Positions 1-9,434 of a stretch of DNA of 64,000 nucleotides are shown piece after piece. Position numbers and translations under genes: made by a program. The first letter of the stretch is position 1. Every line of letters begins with the position of its first letter. The notes under the pieces are model-generated. The model did not search any database. It saw only the letters and a program-made list of their open reading frames with translations, and was not told the DNA's origin. Source of the DNA: Acidobacteriota bacterium (GTDB lineage: Bacteria; Acidobacteriota; CAIWXX01); the NCBI GenBank assembly GCA_040755995.1, contig JBFMAF010000037.1:224001-288000 (forward strand), read 5' to 3'.

Positions 1-117
1 ACGGTAGGCATCGGTGGACTGCTGGTCGCCGCCACTGTGTTGCGCATGCGCCGCCACGCGTTGATCCCGGTCGGAGATCCGCGACTCGACGAGTCGCGCC
101 GCTTCGAGAATGCATAG
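1..117 (+). CDS. actF: 3' end of alternative complex III membrane subunit (ActF-like), partial
   Basis: Frame 1 reads ...GIGGLLVAATVLRMRRHALIPVGDPRLDESRRFENA*. The PxGDPRLxES tail is typical of ActF, and it precedes an SCO/cox cluster. Confidence 0.7.
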   Translation, partial: TVGIGGLLVAATVLRMRRHALIPVGDPRLDESRRFENA

Positions 118-125
118 GGACATCG

Positions 126-443
126 GTGAAGGATAGCGACATCGACACCTCGATGACCGTCGTCATCGGCATAGTCGGGACAATCCTGATCTTCGTTATC
201 GTCATTGCCCTGCAAGCGGTGTACCACCGTGCAGAGGAGGCGGAAAACGTCCAGAAGGTGGTCTTGGTTGCGCCCGAGGAGCTCGGACGGCTCCGCGCCG
301 ATCAGCTCGAGCTGCTCAACAGCTACCACTGGATCGATCAGAAGGGCGGGGTGGTGGCCATCCCGATCGATGAGGCGATGAAGCTCGAGGCACGGGAGTT
401 GAATGCGGAGCGGTCTGCCGCTCGGGATGGAAGTGGTAGATGA
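126..443 (+). CDS. Small single-TM protein of ACIII/oxidase operons (ActG-like)
   Basis: One N-terminal TM helix, YxWxD...IPIDEAM motif, position between actF and SCO. Confidence 0.6.
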   Translation: MKDSDIDTSMTVVIGIVGTILIFVIVIALQAVYHRAEEAENVQKVVLVAPEELGRLRADQLELLNSYHWIDQKGGVVAIPIDEAMKLEARELNAERSAARDGSGR

Positions 444-1285
444 GCAGGCATCGCGCATTCGTACCTGCGTGGCTCCTTCTGCTCGGCTGCGCGGTGCCGG
501 GCGCGTCGGCGCAGGCGCCGCGCGCCGAGCCGATGCCGAAGCAGTTGGAGGGTGTCGAGGTGACCGAGCGTCCGGACAGTCCGATCCCGCTGAAGCTCGA
601 ATTCACCGATGAGGACGGGCGCGCCGTCCGTCTGGGGGACTACTTCAAGCGAGGCCGCCCGGTCATCCTGACGCTGGGGTACTACGAATGTCCCATGCTC
701 TGCACGCTCGTGCTGAACGGACTGATCGAGACGTTGAAGACGATCGAGTGGACGCCGGGGCTCGAATACGAGATAGTAACGGTGACGATCAATCCGGCCG
801 AAACCTACAGGCTCGCGAGGCTCAAGAAGGAGAACTACCTGACCGAGTACGGGCGGGCGGGCGCGGCAATGGGCTGGCACTTCCTTACGGGACGCGAGGA
901 GAACATCAAGGCGCTGGCAGGTGCGGTCGGCTTCGGCTACAAGTACGACGAGAGGATCGAGCAGTATGCGCATCCGGCTGTCATCATCGTGACGACACCT
1001 GAAGGGCACGTGTCACGGTACCTGTACGGCATCAAGTACGAGCCGAAGACGCTGAGGCTGGCGCTGGTCGAGGCTTCCGAGGGCAAGATCGGCTCGACGG
1101 TGGACCAGGTCATTCTCTATTGCTATCACTACGACGCGGCTGCGGGGCGCTACGCGCCTGCGGCGATGAAGCTGATGCGCATCGGCGGGGTGGCGACCCT
1201 GGTCACGGTCGCCGGGCTGCTCGCCTACCTCTGGATAGGCAGATCCGGGCGGCGTGCGCCGCCGGCAGGAGGGTCTCAGTCGTGA
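440..1285 (+). CDS. SCO1/SenC family copper chaperone
   Basis: Signal peptide, CPMLC (CxxxC) motif, conserved His (YAHPA), C-terminal TM; ATGA overlap with the upstream gene. Confidence 0.92.
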   Translation: MSRHRAFVPAWLLLLGCAVPGASAQAPRAEPMPKQLEGVEVTERPDSPIPLKLEFTDEDGRAVRLGDYFKRGRPVILTLGYYECPMLCTLVLNGLIETLKTIEWTPGLEYEIVTVTINPAETYRLARLKKENYLTEYGRAGAAMGWHFLTGREENIKALAGAVGFGYKYDERIEQYAHPAVIIVTTPEGHVSRYLYGIKYEPKTLRLALVEASEGKIGSTVDQVILYCYHYDAAAGRYAPAAMKLMRIGGVATLVTVAGLLAYLWIGRSGRRAPPAGGSQS

Positions 1286-2274
1286 GCTCGTTGCGCGATC
1301 TGCTCGATTGTTTCTCCTTGCACTTCAGTGCGCAGGCGGACGGTTCCTTCTGGATGCCGCCGGTGGGATCGACCGGAGCTCCCGAAGTCGACCGCGTTTT
1401 CTATTTCGTCTTCTGGATCTCGCTGTTCTTCTTCCTCCTGATCGCGGCGCTGATGGTGTTCTTCCTGGTGAGGTTTCGGCGCCGGCCCGGATACGCGCCT
1501 GGGAAGGCGCCTCACCAGCACATGGCGCTGGAGATCACGTGGAGCGTCATCCCGCTGATCATCGTGGGGGCCATTTTCTACATGGGGTTCCGGGGCTTCA
1601 TGAATCTGAGCACTCCGCCGGCCAACGCGTACGAGATCCAGGTTGCGGGCCAGAAATGGAAGTGGCTGTTCACGTACCCGAACGGGTACGTCGACGAGAA
1701 CCTGCACGTGCCTGTGGACGAGCCGATCCGCCTCGTGATGACTTCCGAGGACGTCATACATAGTCTTTTCGTGCCGTCGTTCCGGATCAAGAAGGACGTC
1801 GTCCCGGGACGCTACACGAAGGCGTGGTTTCAGGCGATCCAGCCGGGGGAGTATCAGATCCTGTGCGCGGAGTACTGCGGCAAGGGCCATTCGGACATGT
1901 CGGCGGCGGTGATCGTTCACGAACCCGGCGGATTCGAGAAGTGGCTCGAGAACGCGTCGAACTTCCTCGCCACAATGCCGCCTTCGGAAGCAGGCGAGCG
2001 GCTCTACAGGTCGCGAGGCTGCGCCCAGTGCCACTCGGCCGACGGCAGGCCCGGCACGGGGCCGTCGTTCAAAGGTGTATTCGGGAAGACGCAGCTCATG
2101 AAGGATGGCTCATCTGTGCTGGCCGACGAGAATTACATTCGGGAGTCGATCCTGGAACCGGAGGCCCGAGTGGTGGCGGGCTACGACCCGGTCATGCCCA
2201 CCTTCAAGGGGCGCATCAAGGACCAGGAGATCACGGCGATCATCGAGTATCTCAAGACGCTGAGAGAGCAATGA
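1282..2274 (+). CDS. coxB: Cytochrome c oxidase subunit II with fused cytochrome c
   Basis: Two TM helices, DVIHS and CAEYCGKGHSDM CuA motifs, CAQCH heme c motif. Start placed at GTG 1282 (GTGA overlap) rather than 1120. Confidence 0.95.
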   Translation: MSSLRDLLDCFSLHFSAQADGSFWMPPVGSTGAPEVDRVFYFVFWISLFFFLLIAALMVFFLVRFRRRPGYAPGKAPHQHMALEITWSVIPLIIVGAIFYMGFRGFMNLSTPPANAYEIQVAGQKWKWLFTYPNGYVDENLHVPVDEPIRLVMTSEDVIHSLFVPSFRIKKDVVPGRYTKAWFQAIQPGEYQILCAEYCGKGHSDMSAAVIVHEPGGFEKWLENASNFLATMPPSEAGERLYRSRGCAQCHSADGRPGTGPSFKGVFGKTQLMKDGSSVLADENYIRESILEPEARVVAGYDPVMPTFKGRIKDQEITAIIEYLKTLREQ

Positions 2275-2366
2275 GATTTCAGATTTCAGACTGACGGGGA
2301 GGGGACTCTCCGTTCCCGGAATTGAAAGAGGCATTGATAGTGAGATTTCAGATTTCAGATTGCAGA
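2272..2366. repeat. Two AGATTTC-type heptamer arrays forming an exact 19 bp direct repeat
   Basis: TGAGATTTCAGATTTCAGA at 2272-2290 and 2341-2359. Confidence 0.85.
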
Positions 2367-2377
2367 TGGCAGATTGA

Positions 2378-4090
2378 ATGGGCGACATCGCTCGAGGCCC
2401 CGGATCAGAAGAGGCGTGGAAAGTGACCGGCGAAGTCAATTCAAGCAAAGAGGCGGCGTTCGCGGAGGACAACTACCTGACGCACGAGCACGGGCTGCGC
2501 TCGTGGATTTTCACTCTTGACCACAAGCGGATCGGCGTGATGTATCTCGTATGCATTCTCGCCTCGTTCCTGCTGGGCGGGGTTTTCGCGTTGCTCGTCC
2601 GGACCGAGCTTCTGACGCCGCATCGGACCGTCATGGACGCCGAGACCTACAATCGGATGTTCACGCTCCACGGGGCCGCGATGATCTTCCTGTTCATTAT
2701 TCCCGGCATCCCGGCGGCCATGGGCAACTTCGTTCTGCCGATCATGCTGGGCGCGAAGGATCTGGCGTTCCCGCGGTTGAACCTTTTCAGCTGGTATCTG
2801 TACGTGGTGGGGGCCGTCTTCTTCCTGATCGCCATAGCGGGGGGCGGCCTGGACACGGGTTGGACGTTTTACACGCCATACAGCACCACTACGCACAGCG
2901 CCGTCATCCCTGCCGTACTTGGGGCGTTCGTCCTGGGATTCAGCTCGATATTCACGGGCCTCAACTTCCTCGTGACGATTCACAAGCTGCGTCCGGCCGG
3001 GATGACCTGGTTCCGGATGCCGCTGTTCGTCTGGTCGCTCTACGGGACGTCCATCATCCAGATCCTCGCCACGCCGGTTCTCGGAATCACGCTGCTGCTG
3101 CTGGCCGTCGAGCGGCTGGCCGGCGTCGGTATCTTCGATCCGGCGCTCGGCGGCGATCCGGTTCTCTTCCAGCACTTCTTCTGGTTCTATTCGCACCCGG
3201 CTGTCTACATCATGATTCTCCCGGGCATGGGCATCATCAGCGAGCTGGTGTCGGTCTTCAGCCACAAGACGATCTTCGGCTACAAGTTCATCGCTTACAG
3301 CAGCATCGCCATCGCGGTGCTCGGGTTCCTCGTCTGGGGGCACCACATGTTCACGAGCGGCCAGTCCGGCCTTGCGAACATGATCTTCAGCGCGCTGACG
3401 TTCAGCGTGGCGATCCCATCCGCGATCAAGGTGTTCAACTGGCTGGCCACGATGTACAAGGGATCGATCAGCCTCGAAACGCCGATGCTCTATGCGCTGG
3501 CCTTCATTCTTCTTTTCGGGATCGGCGGATTGACAGGGCTCTTCTTGGGCGCGCTCGCCACCGACATCCACCTCCACGACACCTACTTCGTCGTAGCCCA
3601 CTTCCATTACACCATGATGGGCGGCACGCTCATGGCGTTTCTCGGGGGGCTCAACTACTGGTGGCCGAAGATGTTTGGACGGCGCTACAGCGAGAGGTGG
3701 GGCCGCGTAGCAGCGGTCCTGATCTTCCTCGGCTTCAATATCACCTTCTTCACGCAGTTCGTAATGGGCAGCCGCGGCATGCCGCGCCGGTACTACAACT
3801 ACCCCGAACAGTTCAGGCACGGGCACCAGCTATCGAGCCTCGGCGCCTACCTCATGGCCATAGGCTTCGTGATCATGGCGGTCTATTTGGTCCATTCGCT
3901 GTTCCGCGGCAAGCGGGCAGCGGCCAACCCCTGGGGCGGACCGACGCTCGAATGGCAGACCGCCTCGCCGCCGCCACACTACAACTTCGCTACTCCACCC
4001 ACGGTGGGCGATCCGTACGATTTCACGGGCATCGAGTATGATCCGAAGATCGACGGTTACGTGCGCGTCGTGCCGGAGAAGGGCCTGTGA
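2378..4090 (+). CDS. coxA: Cytochrome c oxidase subunit I, A2-type heme-copper oxidase
   Basis: DHKRIG, YSHPAVY (YS motif instead of GHPEVY), WGHH, HFH, MPRRY. True start may be GTG 2423. Confidence 0.96.
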   Translation: MGDIARGPGSEEAWKVTGEVNSSKEAAFAEDNYLTHEHGLRSWIFTLDHKRIGVMYLVCILASFLLGGVFALLVRTELLTPHRTVMDAETYNRMFTLHGAAMIFLFIIPGIPAAMGNFVLPIMLGAKDLAFPRLNLFSWYLYVVGAVFFLIAIAGGGLDTGWTFYTPYSTTTHSAVIPAVLGAFVLGFSSIFTGLNFLVTIHKLRPAGMTWFRMPLFVWSLYGTSIIQILATPVLGITLLLLAVERLAGVGIFDPALGGDPVLFQHFFWFYSHPAVYIMILPGMGIISELVSVFSHKTIFGYKFIAYSSIAIAVLGFLVWGHHMFTSGQSGLANMIFSALTFSVAIPSAIKVFNWLATMYKGSISLETPMLYALAFILLFGIGGLTGLFLGALATDIHLHDTYFVVAHFHYTMMGGTLMAFLGGLNYWWPKMFGRRYSERWGRVAAVLIFLGFNITFFTQFVMGSRGMPRRYYNYPEQFRHGHQLSSLGAYLMAIGFVIMAVYLVHSLFRGKRAAANPWGGPTLEWQTASPPPHYNFATPPTVGDPYDFTGIEYDPKIDGYVRVVPEKGL

Positions 4091-4187
4091 GAGACGCGGA
4101 GTCACCTTGCGAAAACGATCAGAAAAACCGGCCCGCGCGCCCTGGACATGCGTGGTTCAGGATGCTACTTATTGAGGGGAGACCAAC

Positions 4188-4457
4188 ATGACAGACGTTG
4201 CGATCGCTTTGCCGAAAGAGGTAGCACACCAGATCGAGTCCAGGTGGGGCAACTTGCCGCAGCGGGCACTTGAGTCGTTGGCGATCGAAGCCTACCGATC
4301 GGGAATCATCACCACAGCGGAAGTACAGAGGATGCTCGGCATGGACAGTGGTTGGGATGTCGATGACTTCTTGAAAAGGGCGCATGCTTACCTGGACTAT
4401 GCCGAGTCGGATCTCGACCGCGACGTTGCAGCGATGCGAATGGTTCGACGCAGCTGA
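4188..4457 (+). CDS. UPF0175 family protein (putative antitoxin), orphan
   Basis: 89 aa with LAIEAYRSGxIT...LG...FLK...YxxxDLxxD pattern; GAGGGGAG RBS. Confidence 0.8.
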   Translation: MTDVAIALPKEVAHQIESRWGNLPQRALESLAIEAYRSGIITTAEVQRMLGMDSGWDVDDFLKRAHAYLDYAESDLDRDVAAMRMVRRS

Positions 4458-5335
4458 TGATCGGTAGCGAAACCGAACCGCCCGCCCCCGACGCTGCCGT
4501 ACACCCCCCGCACCTCGCGCACCATTTCTCCTCGCCGCAGCAGCAGTTCGAATCGGGCAAGCTGGGGATGTGGGTATTCCTCGCCACCGAGATCCTGTTC
4601 TTCAGCGGCCTGTTCTGCGCCTACGCGGTCTATCGCGCGAACCATCCTGATATCTTCGTTTACGCCCACCACTTCCTCGACAAGATCCTGGGCGGCGTCA
4701 ACACGCTCGTTCTGATCTGCAGCAGCCTCACGATGGCTTGGGCCGTGCGATGCGCCCAGCTCAGCCGGCGTCGCGGACTGATAGCTCTCCTGAGTCTCAC
4801 GCTCTGTTTCGCCTTCTGTTTCCTGGGGATCAAGTTCGTTGAGTACGATCACAAGTGGAAACACGGGCTGCTGTGGGGAAAGCATTTCCAACCGCAGGAG
4901 AGTGCCGGCGAGCCCGGGAGCGCCGCGAAGACACGGGAATCTCGGCAGAAGGCGGACAAGCAGGAGGCGGCCATCGGTCCAGCCACTCCGGCTCCGGCCG
5001 GGGCGGCCCCCGCTGGGAGCCGGGACGAGCGATCCCAGATCCCTCCGGCCGCTATCGGACCTCGCGGACTGGCAAGGACTCACCCGACGCAAAGCATCGA
5101 GAAGACGCCCCCGAAGAACGTACAGGTGTTTTTCGGCATATACTTCATGATGACGGGGCTTCACGCACTGCATGTCATCGCAGGGATGATCATGCTCGGC
5201 TGGCTTCTGGCCCGCTCAGTCCGTGGCGACTTCTCGAGCGCCTACTTCACGCCGGTCGACCTTGGCGGCCTCTACTGGCACCTCGTGGACCTGATCTGGA
5301 TATACCTCTTCCCATTGTTGTACCTTATCCATTAG
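4457..5335 (+). CDS. coxC: Cytochrome c oxidase subunit III
   Basis: GMWVFLATE, NTLVLICSS, TGLHALHV, YWHLVD motifs; long Pro/Ala-rich loop. Confidence 0.93.
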   Translation: MIGSETEPPAPDAAVHPPHLAHHFSSPQQQFESGKLGMWVFLATEILFFSGLFCAYAVYRANHPDIFVYAHHFLDKILGGVNTLVLICSSLTMAWAVRCAQLSRRRGLIALLSLTLCFAFCFLGIKFVEYDHKWKHGLLWGKHFQPQESAGEPGSAAKTRESRQKADKQEAAIGPATPAPAGAAPAGSRDERSQIPPAAIGPRGLARTHPTQSIEKTPPKNVQVFFGIYFMMTGLHALHVIAGMIMLGWLLARSVRGDFSSAYFTPVDLGGLYWHLVDLIWIYLFPLLYLIH

Positions 5336-5348
5336 GGAACGTGGGAGC

Positions 5349-5720
5349 ATGAGCACTGATTCGTCGGCGCGCGAAAGCGACGCCGCCGCGCCCACTCACG
5401 GTGTAGGCCACGTCATGAGCCTGCCGGTGCTCGTGGCCGTATGGGGAGCCCTGGCGGTCCTGACGGTCGTCACTGTGGCGGTCACAAAGGTCGATCTCGG
5501 GAACCTGAACCTCTATATCGCAATGGCCATCGCCACGGTCAAGGCTTCGCTGGTGCTCCTGTACTTCATGCATCTGCGCTACGAGAGACCGGTCAATGCG
5601 ATTGTCTTCGTGACCGCGCTGCTGTTTGTGCTTCTGTTCGTGAGCCTTGCGCTGATGGACACGGGCCAGTACCAGCCCGAGCTCATCCCCGGCTACTCGC
5701 CGGCGATGCCGCCACAATGA
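5349..5720 (+). CDS. coxD: Cytochrome c oxidase subunit IV
   Basis: Three TM helices, KASLVLLYFMHL motif. Confidence 0.9.
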   Translation: MSTDSSARESDAAAPTHGVGHVMSLPVLVAVWGALAVLTVVTVAVTKVDLGNLNLYIAMAIATVKASLVLLYFMHLRYERPVNAIVFVTALLFVLLFVSLALMDTGQYQPELIPGYSPAMPPQ

Positions 5721-6334
5721 CTACCAGCCGCCCCGCTACCGGCCCTCGCCCGCTCGGGAGCCCGCCCGGGGCCGCCCATCCGTACGATCCAGCGATGGGC
5801 CGGCTGGGGATGCGACTATTCCTGCTCACGCTCGCCGTGCTTTTCGCGGCCAGCATCGCCGGCTATCTCGTAGTCCGTTCGCGGGCCGCGGAGTGGCCGC
5901 CGCCGGGAATGCCGCGCCTTCCGTCGGGACTCTGGATCAGCACGCTGATCATCCTGCTCTGCAGCGTCTCGATCCAGTGGGCTTTGCGGAGCGTGAGGCG
6001 GGGACAGCAGGGGACGCTCCGCGCCGGGCTTCTGCTCACGCTCATGCTGGGCCTCGGCTTCCTCGTCAGCCAGACGGCGAATTGGCTCTGGCTTCTTTCT
6101 GCGCAGATTCAGGGGAAACCCAATCTCTACGCGTTCACGACCTACATGCTGACCGGTCTTCACGCTGCGCACGTGATCGGCGGGATCATCCTGCTCATCG
6201 TCGTCAGAATCCAGGCAGGCCGCGGGCGGTACTCCGGCGACTACCACCCGGGCGTCGAGTACTCCGCGATGTACTGGCATTTCCTCGACGCGGTCTGGCT
6301 CGTCATGTTCACCGTGATGTTCGTCTTCGCTTGA
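5717..6334 (+). CDS. Second cytochrome c oxidase subunit III-family protein
   Basis: TGLHAAHV and YWHFLD motifs; ATG 5717 overlaps the coxD stop (ATGA). Confidence 0.88.
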   Translation: MTTSRPATGPRPLGSPPGAAHPYDPAMGRLGMRLFLLTLAVLFAASIAGYLVVRSRAAEWPPPGMPRLPSGLWISTLIILLCSVSIQWALRSVRRGQQGTLRAGLLLTLMLGLGFLVSQTANWLWLLSAQIQGKPNLYAFTTYMLTGLHAAHVIGGIILLIVVRIQAGRGRYSGDYHPGVEYSAMYWHFLDAVWLVMFTVMFVFA

Positions 6335-6397
6335 CGTCGTCGCCGGCGGTCTGGCTCGGAGCTGGCAGCAGGCGTGGGCCGTCCAGAAAGGCATCCG

Positions 6398-8263
6398 ATG
6401 GCTTCGCCGGAGAGACCCATGGAGCGCAAGGCGTTCAGGCTTGGCGAATGGCTCGCCCAACCAAACGACTGCACGCTTCGCTCCGCGGACTGTACTCGTC
6501 GGGTCGAGCCACAACTCATGGACCTCCTCGTCTTTCTGGCGTCCCGGGCCGGGCAGGTTGTGACCAGGCAGGATATCCTGGACGGTGTGTGGGGAGGCAC
6601 CGCGGTTTCCGAGGATTCAATCACCACTTCGATCTACCAGCTGCGGCGCGCTCTTGGCGACGACGCGCACAGCCCGCGCTTCATCGAAACGATCCCGAAA
6701 CGGGGCTACCGGCTGCTCGTGGCGGCGAGCGCGCACGACGAAGGCACGACATCAGAACCTGCTGTGCGGGCGATTCACCGCAAACGGCGCTACGCTTTCA
6801 TTGCGGTTGGCTGCCTGATTCCCGTCGCTCTGGCGGCGATCGGTTTCTGGATCGATGGCGCGCGCCGTACTCCGGGCGTCCGCTCGCTGGCCGTCCTCCC
6901 GCTCAAGAACCTCTCGGCAGAGCCGGGCGACGACTACCTGTCCGACGGCATCACTGCTGCGCTGATCACGGAGCTCGCGAAGATGGAACCGCTGCGAGTC
7001 ATTTCTCGCACGTCGGTGACGCTGTATCGTGACTCGCCGAAGAGCGTTGGCGAGATCGCACGCGAGCTTCAGGTCGATGCGATACTTGAAGGTTCGCTTC
7101 TGCGATCTGGTGAACGCGTACGAATCGACGCCAGGCTCATCGACGCGACACGGGACACGCCGTTGTGGGCCGAGAGCTACGAGCGGGACATCGGCGACCT
7201 GCTGCAGCTCCAGCAGTTGATCGCCCAGTCGATCGCGCACGGCATCCAGGTGCGCCTCGCCTCCGAGAGACCGGCAGCGGCCCGCGAGCCGGTACCGGAG
7301 GCCGCGATGGAGGCGTACCTCAAGGGCCGGTCGCTCCTCGATCAGCGCAATCCCGCGACTCTGATGCAGGTCAGGCTTTACTTCGAGCGTGCCCGTCAGA
7401 TTGCACCTGCCTTCGCCGAAGCCGCAGCGGGGCAGGCCGACGCCTATGCGCTGATGGGTTACTATGGCATCGGGGATCCCGTCGAAGTTTATCCTCTGTC
7501 ACGTACGGCAGCGATGGCAGCGCTCGATCTCGACCCCGACCTCGCCGAGGCCCACACAGCACTGGCGACCATTCTCTTCTTCCATGACTGGGACCTTGCC
7601 GGTGCCGAGAAGGAGATACGCCGGGCAATCCAACTACAGCCCAACCTCGCAATCGCTCACCGGCGATACGCTTATATTCTGGCCATCTCGGGGCGCCGCG
7701 CCGAATCGATCGCCGAGGCCCGGATAGCACTCGCGTTGGATCCCGTCTATCTGCCCTCCTACTGGGACCTGGCCGAGATCCTGATGATGGCCCGCGAGTA
7801 CGACGAGGTCATCCGGCTCATGAAGAAGGCTCTGGAGCTCGACTCCACGGCCGCGGAGGCCTATTCGAACATGCAGGTCGCCTACGCATTTCAAGGCAAG
7901 ACGAAAGAATCGTACGCGGCATTCCGCGCTGCCGCCCAGAGTGAAGGGATGACGCATGAGGTGCTGGAGCAACTCGAGGAGGTGTTCGCCAAGCAAGGCC
8001 TGCAGGGCATCTATCGCGTTGTGGCGAGACGCCTTGAAGGGGCGGAACGGAATCGCAGCACCTCTAACGCCCTGTGCATCATCTACGCGGCAATCGGCGA
8101 ACGGGACCGGGCGTTCGAGCTCCTGGAGGAGGCGTACCGGCGCCGCGACCCCGGTCTGCTCGCCCTACGGGTATCTCCGTACATGGACCCTCTGCGATCC
8201 GATCCGCGTTTCTCCAGCCTGGTGAGGCGCCTGGAACCCACGAGCCCACCCGCCGGTCCTTGA
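6398..8263 (+). CDS. CadC/ToxR-like winged-helix regulator with TM, TolB-like and TPR domains
   Basis: LRRALGD...FIETIPKRGYR, TM helix, SLAVLPLxNLS, TPR repeats, DPLRSDPRF tail. Start uncertain (6374/6398/6419). Confidence 0.88.
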   Translation: MASPERPMERKAFRLGEWLAQPNDCTLRSADCTRRVEPQLMDLLVFLASRAGQVVTRQDILDGVWGGTAVSEDSITTSIYQLRRALGDDAHSPRFIETIPKRGYRLLVAASAHDEGTTSEPAVRAIHRKRRYAFIAVGCLIPVALAAIGFWIDGARRTPGVRSLAVLPLKNLSAEPGDDYLSDGITAALITELAKMEPLRVISRTSVTLYRDSPKSVGEIARELQVDAILEGSLLRSGERVRIDARLIDATRDTPLWAESYERDIGDLLQLQQLIAQSIAHGIQVRLASERPAAAREPVPEAAMEAYLKGRSLLDQRNPATLMQVRLYFERARQIAPAFAEAAAGQADAYALMGYYGIGDPVEVYPLSRTAAMAALDLDPDLAEAHTALATILFFHDWDLAGAEKEIRRAIQLQPNLAIAHRRYAYILAISGRRAESIAEARIALALDPVYLPSYWDLAEILMMAREYDEVIRLMKKALELDSTAAEAYSNMQVAYAFQGKTKESYAAFRAAAQSEGMTHEVLEQLEEVFAKQGLQGIYRVVARRLEGAERNRSTSNALCIIYAAIGERDRAFELLEEAYRRRDPGLLALRVSPYMDPLRSDPRFSSLVRRLEPTSPPAGP

Positions 8264-8381
8264 TTCCGTCCCCCTATCTTTTCCTCATCGCCTCTTCAGC
8301 AGGTCCCCAGGACTTCCAGACGAGTCTGCACGATATCCACATCGTGATTGTGGTGACGACACCTGCAATCAAGGAGGTCCA

Positions 8382-9299
8382 ATGAGTGCTGAGTTTCACA
8401 ACGAGGAGAATGCGCGGAAGCCCCCGGTATTCCTCGTCCGCGTATGGCGGCGCCTCCCGGTAATCGTCCAGGCCGTGCTGACGGCCTCACTGGTGAGTCT
8501 GCTGGGGAGTTCCGTCTGGTCGACAGTGGCATATCTGAATATTCTGCACTCGCCATCGATCCCGTGGTCCGTGGCGGGCATGGCGGGCTACCTGTGGCTC
8601 TACTGGCAGTATCTGCAAGGACGGTGGTGGCCGCGAGGCACCGCCGAGACGCGCCGGCGCAATCTCAGGGCGGTCTCGCTCCCGCGACAGACCTGGCGCT
8701 GGGCTCTGCTTGCAGGAGGATCGGCCATCGGCGCTACGACCGCCCTGATGCTGGTCTTGGCCAGGTTCTTTCCGACCGGGAACAGCCTTCCAGATTTCGC
8801 CCTGCGCCTCCCGCCACACACGCTGCTTCCGCTGATCCTCATGAGCTCGACTGTCGCCGGGATCGCAGAGGAGGCATCGTTTCGAGGATACTTGCAGGCG
8901 CCGATCGAGAGGAGGCACGGGCCGGTTGCGGCGATTCTGATCTCCAGTGCCCTCTTCAGCATCGCTCACCTGCCGGGCGGGCGATCGATCACTCCGGCAA
9001 GCTATGTGCTCTTCGCGCTGTACGGTGTGAACTACGGCATCCTCGCGCATGTGACACGATCGATCCTGCCGGGGGTCGTGCTCCATGCGAGCGGAAACGT
9101 CGCAGGCTTCGCACTCCTGTGGTGGCTGGGGGCGAGCGCGGGGGAGACGCAGTGGCGCGCGGTGGCTGTCACAGAGGCTCTCAAGGATCGCCTCTTCCTG
9201 GCCAATTGCGCGGAAGTGATACTGCTGGCCGCGGTGGCACTCTGGGCCTACAGGAAGCTCTGCGTGACGATGCGTGGCCAAACGTCGAACACGATGTGA
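8382..9299 (+). CDS. CPBP (CAAX/Abi) intramembrane metalloprotease
   Basis: EEASFRGY, FSIAH and HxxxN motifs; AAGGAGG RBS. Confidence 0.9.
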   Translation: MSAEFHNEENARKPPVFLVRVWRRLPVIVQAVLTASLVSLLGSSVWSTVAYLNILHSPSIPWSVAGMAGYLWLYWQYLQGRWWPRGTAETRRRNLRAVSLPRQTWRWALLAGGSAIGATTALMLVLARFFPTGNSLPDFALRLPPHTLLPLILMSSTVAGIAEEASFRGYLQAPIERRHGPVAAILISSALFSIAHLPGGRSITPASYVLFALYGVNYGILAHVTRSILPGVVLHASGNVAGFALLWWLGASAGETQWRAVAVTEALKDRLFLANCAEVILLAAVALWAYRKLCVTMRGQTSNTM

Positions 9300-9369
9300 T
9301 AGACTCGGCGGCGGTACATGGCGGACTCATTATGCGCGGGATGCGCCGCATGTTGACCGGAGCAGAGGC

Positions 9370-9434
9370 GGAGACGCCGGGACACGGAGACACGGAAACG
9401 CGGCGACAAGGAGACGCGGGGACATGGGGACATG
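9370..9434. repeat. Degenerate octamer tandem array (GGAGACAC/GGGACATG)
   Basis: About 8 units with 8 bp period; the last unit contains ATG 9432. Confidence 0.8.

Noticed and set aside
2441..4041. Long alternative-frame and antisense ORFs over coxA (461 and 496 aa), and similar ones throughout the window
   Set aside because: Shadow ORFs expected in high-GC coding DNA; Arg/Pro/Ala-rich and lacking motifs.
8284..8320. YYCAK repeats at about 11 bp period as a site for the CadC-like regulator
   Set aside because: Too short and irregular to distinguish from chance.
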